A DNA stretch of 15,670 nt from an uncultured bacterium (GTDB lineage Bacteria > SAR324 > NAC60-12). Numbering within the stretch: the stretch's first letter is position 1; each line of letters begins with the position of its first letter. Positions 7,491-14,919 of the stretch are shown here, in pieces. The translations under genes and the position numbers were made by a program. The notes beneath the pieces were generated by a model. It had not been told where the DNA came from. It made no database searches and saw only the letters and a list, made by a program, of their open reading frames with translations. Location: NCBI GenBank assembly GCA_964010765.1, contig CAXGMD010000077.1, forward strand, positions 1 to 15,670. The letters run 5' to 3'.

Positions 7491-8658
7491 ACTCGGTGCC
7501 ATGAGTCTGAAAAAAATCAGTACTTCCCGTCTGGGCTCCGCACTCCCTGTGCTACTAGCTCTTGCTGCCATTTGGATCTATTTTGGTTTGACAGAGCCGG
7601 CTTTCTTAAGTCCACGCAATTTTTACTACCTCTTCATGCAGAGTTCAGTTGTTGGGACTTTGGCAGTGGGGATCACAATTGTTTTATTGATCGGGGATAT
7701 TGATTTGTCTGTTGCTGCTACTTCAGGAGTTTGTGCAGCAATCTTGGCAGTCTTGACAACTAACCTGGGAATTCCAGCTCCAATTAGCTGTTTAGCTGCT
7801 TTATCGGCTGGAGTTTGTGTGGGTATCTTCCAGGGGGCAATGTCAGCTTTGGTTGGTATCCCATCCTTTGTGGTTACTTTGGCAGGATTGTTAGGATTTC
7901 AAGGATTGATGCTAAAAATTCTAGGAATTCATGGCGCGATCAACGTCCGAGATCCGTTTGTCAGGGGCATCACTACTACCACATTGCCTACAGAATTGGG
8001 TTGGGCTGCAGCAGCCTTGTGTATCGCAGCCTTCTCTTGGATGGTTTGGTACAATCGGCAAAAGCGCAGAAGACTTTCCTTGGAAAATAATCCTTGGGCC
8101 AGCGACCTCACCAAGGTGGGATTCTTTGTGGTGTTTGCCATATCGGTTGTCGCTACACTCAATTCTTACCGTGGGGTCCCACTGGTTGTCGTTATTCTAC
8201 TGGGACTAACGGCGCTGCTAGGTTGGCTCACTACCTCAACCCCATTTGGCAGAGCTCTCTATGCAGTTGGAGGCAATTACGAGTCAGCTCGTAGAGCTGG
8301 CATCTCATTGAAAGGTGTTAAGATTGCGGCTTTCGGAATCGTGGGATTTATGGCGGCAACAGGAGGAATTGTGGGTGCATCCCGCTATGCCTCTGTGTCT
8401 TTCAATGCCTTTGCAGGTGGGCCTTTGCTGCTAGAAGCAATTGGAGCAGCAGTCATAGGTGGAACATCATTGTTTGGGGGTAGAGGTAGCGTCTGGAACG
8501 CCATCCTTGGAGCCCTTGTGATTGGTTCCTTGGGCAATGGCTTGGACCTGTCTGGAGCTGGAGCGGCAGACAAACTGATGTTTTCAGGAGGAATTTTGCT
8601 GTTAGCTGTTTCCATTGATGCTCTGTCTCGTCAGGGAAGAATTCAAAGTAGAGCATAG
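7474..8658 (+). CDS. Sugar ABC transporter permease (XylH/RbsC-like)
   Basis: Multiple hydrophobic helices; IGDIDLSV, GIPSFVVTLAG, GRALYAVGGNYESARRAGI, AIGAAVIGGTSLFGGRG. Overlaps the ATPase 3' end (alternative starts at 7483 and 7501). Confidence 0.95.
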   Translation: MLTMPELGAMSLKKISTSRLGSALPVLLALAAIWIYFGLTEPAFLSPRNFYYLFMQSSVVGTLAVGITIVLLIGDIDLSVAATSGVCAAILAVLTTNLGIPAPISCLAALSAGVCVGIFQGAMSALVGIPSFVVTLAGLLGFQGLMLKILGIHGAINVRDPFVRGITTTTLPTELGWAAAALCIAAFSWMVWYNRQKRRRLSLENNPWASDLTKVGFFVVFAISVVATLNSYRGVPLVVVILLGLTALLGWLTTSTPFGRALYAVGGNYESARRAGISLKGVKIAAFGIVGFMAATGGIVGASRYASVSFNAFAGGPLLLEAIGAAVIGGTSLFGGRGSVWNAILGALVIGSLGNGLDLSGAGAADKLMFSGGILLLAVSIDALSRQGRIQSRA

Positions 8659-8701
8659 TGGTGTTTTTTGCGCAGCAAACTGTCTCAATGTGGGGTCTCT
8701 C

Positions 8702-9190
8702 ATGACATCAACTGTTTCCACAACAAACCTCTGGAACTCTACGCAGTTAGCCCTACTTAAAGGAATTTTGGCACAACTAATTCCTTCGGGAGCTAATGGA
8801 ACGATACCTTCTGCAGCAGAATTTGGTGTTGCGGATTTCGTCATACAGAAAGTTTCTGACAAGCCTGATTTGCAGTTGTTGTTTACACAAGGTCTTGAAT
8901 ACTTGGAAACTTTACTGCAGCGGTCTGAGAAGACGGCAGCAGAACTCTCAAATGAAGAGTGGATTGCCCTCGTTAGCCAGCTTGAAAAAAGCCAACCAAC
9001 CTTCTTCGAAATGCTCCTCCGAACTACCTACATGGGTTACTACAGCGAGTCAGCAATTCGACCACTTTTTGGTTTGTCTGCGGGTCCTACCCAACCGGAA
9101 GGATATTTAGTGCCGGCAGACGATCCAGTAGAACTCGATCGGATGCTAGAACCTGTTCGTCAAAGAGGTGTTTGCTACCGAGAATGCTAA
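8702..9190 (+). CDS. Gluconate 2-dehydrogenase subunit 3-like small partner subunit of the GMC dehydrogenase
   Basis: LIPS..G.IPSAAEFGVADF and FFEMLLRTTYMGYYS patterns typical of GADH subunit-3-like proteins; lies immediately upstream of a GMC flavoprotein. ATG 8702 is preferred because the track start at 8615 overlaps the permease. Confidence 0.78.
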   Translation: MTSTVSTTNLWNSTQLALLKGILAQLIPSGANGTIPSAAEFGVADFVIQKVSDKPDLQLLFTQGLEYLETLLQRSEKTAAELSNEEWIALVSQLEKSQPTFFEMLLRTTYMGYYSESAIRPLFGLSAGPTQPEGYLVPADDPVELDRMLEPVRQRGVCYREC

Positions 9191-9212
9191 ACTTCTGTAT
9201 GAATAAGGAACC

Positions 9213-10826
9213 ATGGGCCAGGATGCTGTTGATGTATTGATTGTTGGAGCAGGAGCTTCGGGCGCTGCAGTGGCATATTCGCTTGCCGATATGGGTTTGA
9301 AGATCCTTTGCCTGGAGCAGGGAGATTGGGTTGACCGATCCAACTTGCCGAGTACCCGGAAAGATTATGAACTGCATCGATACGACAAGTTCAGTTGCGA
9401 TCCAAATGTTCGTAAGCTTCCTCAAGATTACCCAATCAATTCTGAAAACTCTGCAATCACTCCTGTCAACTACAATGCGGTCGGTGGATCCACAATCAAT
9501 TACTTGGGGCACTGGCCCAGATTTCACCCTTCTGACTTCCGAGTGAAGACTTTAGATGGTGTTGCTGATGACTGGCCGATTGACTACGATACGTTAGCTC
9601 CCTATTACGATCTCAATAGCAAAATTATGGGTATTTCCGGGCTTTCAGGGAATCCCTCTTATCCACCTTACGATATTCCACTTCCCCCGATTCCTTTAGG
9701 CAAATTGGGCAAAACCCTCGCAAAAGGATTCAATCAGCTTGGCTGGCACTGGTGGCCTTCCGATACCTCAATCCTGAGTCGTGATTACCAAGGGCGGAAC
9801 CGATGTGTCAATGCAGGGACCTGTGATCTAGGATGTGCCTCTGGTGCCAAAGCCAGTGTGGATCTGACGTACTGGCCTTTACTACTGGAAAAGAGAATTC
9901 AACTGCGGACAAACTGCCGTGTCCGAGAAATTATGCTCCAACCTAATGGCAAAGCAGGGGGTGTCCTCTATTACGATGCAGATGGAAATCTACAGGAGCA
10001 AAACGCAGAGCTAGTGATTATGGCCTGCAACGGGGTAGGAACACCCAGGATCATGCTCAACTCGAAGTCTAAGGAATTTCCAGATGGCATAGCTAATCGC
10101 AGTGGGAAGCTGGGAAAAAACCTGATGTTTCATCCACTTTCCGGAGTGGTTGGTCGATTTACAGAACCAATGGAAGGATTTAAGGGGCCAATGGCCTGTA
10201 GCATCATCAGCCAAGAGTTTTACGAGACGGATCCAAGCCGTGATTTTGTGCGAGGCTACGGTTTACACGGAGGGCGGTTCACCACCCCCATGACTTTTGC
10301 TTTGGGTGGTTATGGAATAGACAATTTGATGCCCTGGGGCGCGGAGCATCGGCGTCAATTCGACGAAATTTATCCTTATTGTGCTGGATTGACCATCGTT
10401 ACGGAAGATCTTCCTCTAGAAAGCAATGCCGTGACACTAGATCCTGAACTTACGGATGGCGATGGCATTCCTGCACCTAAAATCAATTACCAGGTTGACG
10501 AAAATACCCAGAGAATGTTTGCCCATGGTGCGGCGAGAGCTGAAGAGGTACTTTTAGCTGCTGGAGCCAAGAGTATTGTCGCCTCGGGGGGTGACGCTTG
10601 GTGGCGAGCTGGATGGCATTTGATGGGTACTGCCCGGATGGGAACAGATCCAGAAAACTCTGTAGTCAATGATTGGGGGCAGTGCCATGATGTGAAGAAT
10701 CTATTTATTGTCGATGGGAGCATTTTTGTCACCTCAGCCGCGGTCAATCCAACTCCCACGATCCAAGCACTCGCACTCTACATTGGAGACAGCATCAAAA
10801 AGAATCGGAATTCTCTTTTTTGCTAG
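9213..10826 (+). CDS. GMC-family FAD oxidoreductase (sugar/sugar-acid dehydrogenase large subunit)
   Basis: FAD-binding VGAGASG...LEQG, VGGSTINY, DWPIDY, Cys cluster CVNAGTCDLGC, catalytic His/Asn region WHLMGTARMG...AVNPTPT. AAGGA RBS just upstream. Confidence 0.95.
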   Translation: MGQDAVDVLIVGAGASGAAVAYSLADMGLKILCLEQGDWVDRSNLPSTRKDYELHRYDKFSCDPNVRKLPQDYPINSENSAITPVNYNAVGGSTINYLGHWPRFHPSDFRVKTLDGVADDWPIDYDTLAPYYDLNSKIMGISGLSGNPSYPPYDIPLPPIPLGKLGKTLAKGFNQLGWHWWPSDTSILSRDYQGRNRCVNAGTCDLGCASGAKASVDLTYWPLLLEKRIQLRTNCRVREIMLQPNGKAGGVLYYDADGNLQEQNAELVIMACNGVGTPRIMLNSKSKEFPDGIANRSGKLGKNLMFHPLSGVVGRFTEPMEGFKGPMACSIISQEFYETDPSRDFVRGYGLHGGRFTTPMTFALGGYGIDNLMPWGAEHRRQFDEIYPYCAGLTIVTEDLPLESNAVTLDPELTDGDGIPAPKINYQVDENTQRMFAHGAARAEEVLLAAGAKSIVASGGDAWWRAGWHLMGTARMGTDPENSVVNDWGQCHDVKNLFIVDGSIFVTSAAVNPTPTIQALALYIGDSIKKNRNSLFC

Positions 10827-10853
10827 GAGTTTTAAAGTCCATCCAATGACAAA

Positions 10854-10864
10854 CTGAATATTCA
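10854..10864 (+). repeat. Direct repeat copy 2, CTGAATATTCA
   Basis: Identical to 5451-5461; marks where clear homology of the remnant begins. Confidence 0.7.
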
Positions 10865-10963
10865 ACAGCAAATTACCTATAGAAGGGCTACTTTGAAATC
10901 CCTGACCGTCTTGGTCATGGGGCTGAGCCAAACCTTGAATTCATCAAGCGTTTTGAAATCTAA
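10854..10963 (+). pseudogene. Degenerate 3' remnant of a second Gci-like enolase gene
   Basis: Reads LNIQQQITYR-(1-nt frameshift near 10884)-GYFEIPDRLGHGAEPNLEFIKRFEI* versus intact LNIQRQVAKNGGYVPIPDVPGHGAEPNREFLEHFAL (from 5451): 20 of 36 positions identical by hand count, with no other gaps. Confidence 0.85.
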
Positions 10964-11019
10964 GTCCTAGCGAAACTGGTGTGAAGAAAACGAAAAATGA
11001 TCTTAATGTTTATAAAATT

Positions 11020-11043
11020 AAATATTTTATTAATAAAATATTT
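11020..11043. promoter_or_regulatory. Perfect 24-bp all-AT palindrome upstream of the Opp-family operon
   Basis: AAATATTTTATTAATAAAATATTT, inside a 44-nt run with no G or C (11009-11052), about 50 nt upstream of a TTGACA hexamer (11091-11096). The palindrome is certain; the regulatory role is inferred. Confidence 0.5.
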
Positions 11044-11279
11044 TAATAAATTCAGCTAGTTTTTCGACTTTTGGTGAACAGCCTTTCGCCTTGACAAAAA
11101 AACTCTATCTCCGCAATTTGTGGCGCACGAAAAAGCAAAGTGCTTGATATTCCGAAACTTTGCTTTCTGAGCAAGGCTGTGCCTTGCGAACTCTAATAAC
11201 CCATAGCCAGGAGGAAACCGACCCCAACGCATCCCTTGTGTCGAATCGAGTCAATGAATTCAATGCTACAGAGGAGTAC

Positions 11280-13037
11280 ATGAAGATTTCCAAACTATCG
11301 ATTGCTTTGCTGGCAGTAACGACTGCCTTTTCGATGCTGACGACTTCGCTCTTTGCCGGCGGTCACTCGCTTGCTAAGGTGCCCCGGGAGCAAACCCTGG
11401 TACTAGGATGGAGCATCACTTCACCAATTGGAGTGACCAATCCCTTTGCATCTACTGGATATACTCATCAGGAAGCCAACAACCTGATGTGGGAGGGTCT
11501 GTCCTATTTTGGTATTTTCAACGATGAAGAAATTCCTTGGTTGGCTGACAGCATGGAGTACACGAAGAGTGACTACACGCAGTTGACCATCAAGCTCAAC
11601 GCAATGGCTCAGTGGAGTGATGGAACTCCTGTCACTTCCAAGGATGTGGTCTTCACCTTTGAGAGCCAAAAGAGCAATAACAAGTTGCCCTATCACGCTA
11701 ATTTCAAACAGTTTGTTGACAAGGTCACTGCGGTAGATGACAAGACCGTAGTTGTTGATTTCAAGATGCCAGCACCTCGATTTAAGTTTCAGGTACTGAC
11801 GCTGAAGTTCGACACAGGAATTCCGATTGTTCCTGCGCATGTCCTCTCCAAGGTGGAGAACGTCAACGAATACGAAGGTGGCAACGACATGCCCCACTCT
11901 GGCCCCTATAACCTTGTGTTGTGGGATGCCAATCAGAAGATCTACGACTTAAACACGGATTGGTGGGCAGTCAAGGCAGGTCGAATCAGTATGCCTGAAG
12001 TCAAGCGTGTGGTGATGTTCAACATCGGTGGCCAGGTGGGACAGGGAATGGATGTGGTTGCCCAACGTGTGGTGAACAATGAATTTGATGCCACCCTGGA
12101 CATGCGCAGTTCTGTGATTGGAAACATCCTGCGTCAGAACTCCAAGGTGACTACCCACTCGGCAGACAAGCCTCCCTACGGGTACCTCGATTGGTGGCCG
12201 AATTCTCTCTGGGTCAATACCCAACTTGAGCCCTACAGCGATGCAAGAGTCCGTCGTGCGATGAGCTTATTGATCAACCGCGAGTTGATCAATGAAATCA
12301 TTTATGAAGGAGCTGGTATTGCGACAATTTACCCCTTCCCTCTCTACCCAGGACTTGAGAAGTTTGCCAACAGCCCAGCTGTTAAGAAACTGGAAGCTGA
12401 GCTTCAGCCAGGGCTCTATGATCCAGATCAGAGCGCTGAATTGATGAAGGCTGCTGGGTTCACTATGAACAGTGATGATATGTGGGAGAAAGACGGCAAG
12501 ACGGTGAGTGCTGTGATCAACGGATTTGAGGGAATCCACAGTGACATTGTTCCGGTCTTAGTGGAAATGTTGCGTAATGGTGGAATTGATGCGGATATCA
12601 ACTTTGGTACAGATGCCTACCAGAACATGGCTGATGGCAAAGCTGGACTCTACATGTTCGGCCACGGAGCCAGCCTGAAGGATCCTTACACCGCGTTGGA
12701 ACTCTTTCATAGCCGCTACAGCGCCGCTTTAGGTACCACCGCAGGCTCTAACCGCTTCTCTCGCTACTCCAATCCAGAGTACGACAAGTTACTGGACGAG
12801 ATGGCTCCTTTAGGAGGTGATGATCCAAGATTCCAAGAATTGGCAGCGCAAGCAATGGGAATTTACTGGAGAGATCAGATTGACATTCCTATCATTCAGT
12901 GGCTCCACCGGATTCCCTACAACCAAACTTACTGGGAGAATTGGCCAACGATCGCCAATCCTGGCCTGGGTATGAATGGTGCCTTTTGGGCTCATACCGG
13001 CATGCTGGTTGTCTCTACCTTAAAATCTGCTAAATAA
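11280..13037 (+). CDS. ABC transporter solute-binding protein, family 5 (OppA/DppA fold), probably carbohydrate-binding
   Basis: ATG at 11280 with GAGGAG RBS at 11271-11276 and Sec signal peptide MKISKLSIALLAV...LFA (the track's TTG at 11160 is unlikely). Family-5 motifs PWLADS, WSDGTPVTSKDVVFTF, SGPY, DARVRRAMSLLINR. Confidence 0.93.
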   Translation: MKISKLSIALLAVTTAFSMLTTSLFAGGHSLAKVPREQTLVLGWSITSPIGVTNPFASTGYTHQEANNLMWEGLSYFGIFNDEEIPWLADSMEYTKSDYTQLTIKLNAMAQWSDGTPVTSKDVVFTFESQKSNNKLPYHANFKQFVDKVTAVDDKTVVVDFKMPAPRFKFQVLTLKFDTGIPIVPAHVLSKVENVNEYEGGNDMPHSGPYNLVLWDANQKIYDLNTDWWAVKAGRISMPEVKRVVMFNIGGQVGQGMDVVAQRVVNNEFDATLDMRSSVIGNILRQNSKVTTHSADKPPYGYLDWWPNSLWVNTQLEPYSDARVRRAMSLLINRELINEIIYEGAGIATIYPFPLYPGLEKFANSPAVKKLEAELQPGLYDPDQSAELMKAAGFTMNSDDMWEKDGKTVSAVINGFEGIHSDIVPVLVEMLRNGGIDADINFGTDAYQNMADGKAGLYMFGHGASLKDPYTALELFHSRYSAALGTTAGSNRFSRYSNPEYDKLLDEMAPLGGDDPRFQELAAQAMGIYWRDQIDIPIIQWLHRIPYNQTYWENWPTIANPGLGMNGAFWAHTGMLVVSTLKSAK

Positions 13038-13048
13038 TCCCTTTCCAC

Positions 13049-13069
13049 ACGCCCTCGTTCTGGGGGCGT
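13049..13069 (+). other. GC-rich stem-loop after the solute-binding protein gene (mRNA-stabilising or attenuating element)
   Basis: ACGCCCTC-GTTCT-GGGGGCGT, an 8-bp stem with one G-U pair and no U-tract. This is the usual position for differential SBP transcript stability. Confidence 0.55.
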
Positions 13070-13082
13070 ATCTGAGTTCTTC

Positions 13083-14078
13083 ATGTTTGTTCTCAAAAGA
13101 CTGCTATTTGTCCTTCTGGTGGTTTGGTCTGCCTCCACCATTACTTTTTTTATTCCCAGAATCTCAGATATTAATCCGATCCGGGAACGCTTTGCAGAAT
13201 TGGCCCGTTTGGGTGGATTCTCTGCGGGTGAGTTGGAGAAGATCGTTGAGTCTTACTCCAAGGCTTTTGGGCTCGATAAACCTCTGATGCAGCAATATTT
13301 CGATTACATTGGAGGGGTGATGACCCTGGACTTTGGGGTATCACTGAACAAATTTCCTAAAACTGTCCTCATGTTGATTGCCGAGTCCTTACCATGGACG
13401 ATCGGCCTGATCCTTGTTACCACGATTCTTTCTTTTGTGATTGGGAATCTCGTTGGTGCTCTGGCTGCCTGGCCGCTTTCTCCCAGATGGGTTCGCGGTG
13501 TTTCTACCAGCTTTATTTTGTTTCAAGGGGTTCCTCCAGTCCTGCTCGCGATTTTATTGATTTTCTTTGTAGCTTTTAAACTAAATATCCTGCCGATCGC
13601 GGGTGCCTATTCGATCGGGACCGTTCCTGATTTCACCTTCGAGTTTCTATTAGATGTGTTGAGGCATCAGGTCTTGCCCGGTATCGCCCTCATCTTCGGG
13701 TCCCTCGGAACGTGGGTGCTCTCAATGCGGGGAATGGGCATTACAATTCAAGGTGAAGACTATGTGGTCTTTGCAGAACACAAGGGGTTGAGTTCTTACA
13801 CGATCTTTAAGGACTATTACCTGAGAAACGCCATGTTGCCCCAGGTCACCGCCCTTGCCCTGGCGCTTGGCAATGTGATCACCTCCGCGATCGTCGTAGA
13901 GACTATCTTTGGCCTTCCTGGTCTCGGGTTTGTTTTGATCACAGCGATTCGCTCCAACGACTTTTTGGTGATCTACGGGATCGTCCTGTTTATCACGATT
14001 GCCGTGGCCGTGTTGATGGCTCTGGTAGAGTTGCTCTATCCCTTGTTGGATCCACGCGTGCGACAAGGTCAAGAATGA
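13083..14078 (+). CDS. Opp/Dpp-family ABC permease (OppB/DppB-like)
   Basis: FGLDKPLMQQY, DFGVS, LPWTIGL, EAA-like EDYVVFAEHKGLS, VETIFGLPGLG, LYPLLDPRV. Confidence 0.96.
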   Translation: MFVLKRLLFVLLVVWSASTITFFIPRISDINPIRERFAELARLGGFSAGELEKIVESYSKAFGLDKPLMQQYFDYIGGVMTLDFGVSLNKFPKTVLMLIAESLPWTIGLILVTTILSFVIGNLVGALAAWPLSPRWVRGVSTSFILFQGVPPVLLAILLIFFVAFKLNILPIAGAYSIGTVPDFTFEFLLDVLRHQVLPGIALIFGSLGTWVLSMRGMGITIQGEDYVVFAEHKGLSSYTIFKDYYLRNAMLPQVTALALALGNVITSAIVVETIFGLPGLGFVLITAIRSNDFLVIYGIVLFITIAVAVLMALVELLYPLLDPRVRQGQE

Positions 14079-14917
14079 TCAATTACTTCAAGCGCAACAT
14101 CAGCCTGACAATTGGTCTCGGGTTGCTAATTTTTTTGATTCTCTTCACAGTGCACGGGCTGTTGACGATTGAGTTCAAGCAGGCCTATCCATTGGCTGTG
14201 CGGCCCAAGCAACCGCCAAGTCTGAAATACTTATTTGGGACTGATTTCTTCGGGCGGGATCTCTACACCGCAATGGTTGTGGGAGTTTGGCAAACCGCCA
14301 TCATTGGTTTACTGGCAGGAGCCGCAGGAACGATCATTGGCATCGTGCTGGGATTCATTTCTGCTTACTTCTCAGGACTGGTTGACGCGGCTATCAAATT
14401 CATCTGCCAGATTCTCACCCCGATCCCGGCCTTTCTAATCCAGGTTGTGATTGCCAGTTCGATTGACAAGCGGGATGTCACGATCATCACGATGGCAGTT
14501 GTCGTTTTTCTGCTCTCCTGGATGGCGCCAACACTGGTCATTCGTTCACAGGTGCTCTCGATGCGAGAACGCCAGTTCGTTGCTGTCGCCAAGCTCTCCG
14601 GAATGAACTCATTAGAAATCATCTTCAAGGAAATCTTTCCGAATCTCTTGCCGTTCATTGCGGCGGCTTTTGTCGCTCAGGTCTTTCAAGCCGTCTTTGC
14701 TTCCTTCTATCTCGCTGTGATTGGTCTCGGCCCCTTGCGTGAACCCTTGCTGGGCAACACAATCTGGGCTGCGCAAAGTCAATCTGCCTTCTTCAATGGT
14801 TGGTGGTGGTGGCCTGTTGGACCGTCCTTAGCGATGATCCTGATTTTGGGCTCGCTAGCGTTGATCAACATGGGTCTGGATGAAATGGCAAATCCCCGCA
14901 TCCGCAATAAGGAATAA
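14075..14917 (+). CDS. Opp/Dpp-family ABC permease (OppC/DppC-like)
   Basis: LFGTDFFGRD, RSQVLSMRERQFVAVAKLSG, FPNLLP, GWWWW, GLDEMANPR. ATGA overlap with the upstream permease. Confidence 0.96.
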   Translation: MINYFKRNISLTIGLGLLIFLILFTVHGLLTIEFKQAYPLAVRPKQPPSLKYLFGTDFFGRDLYTAMVVGVWQTAIIGLLAGAAGTIIGIVLGFISAYFSGLVDAAIKFICQILTPIPAFLIQVVIASSIDKRDVTIITMAVVVFLLSWMAPTLVIRSQVLSMRERQFVAVAKLSGMNSLEIIFKEIFPNLLPFIAAAFVAQVFQAVFASFYLAVIGLGPLREPLLGNTIWAAQSQSAFFNGWWWWPVGPSLAMILILGSLALINMGLDEMANPRIRNKE

Positions 14918-14919
14918 CG

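Noticed and set aside
8615..8701. N-terminal extension of the GMC small subunit from ATG 8615
   Set aside because: It overlaps the permease 3' end by 44 nt and is not a signal peptide; ATG 8702 is more plausible.
10734..10931. 65-aa minus-strand ORF across the GMC end
   Set aside because: Better explained as the antisense of the GMC 3' end plus the enolase remnant.
11121..11136. Possible sigma54 promoter TGGCGC...GC
   Set aside because: GG-to-GC offset is 13 rather than the required 12, and the TTGC element is absent.
11105..11293. 62-aa minus-strand ORF, and the 40-aa extension of the SBP from TTG 11160
   Set aside because: The strong RBS and signal peptide start at ATG 11280; neither alternative shows coding features.
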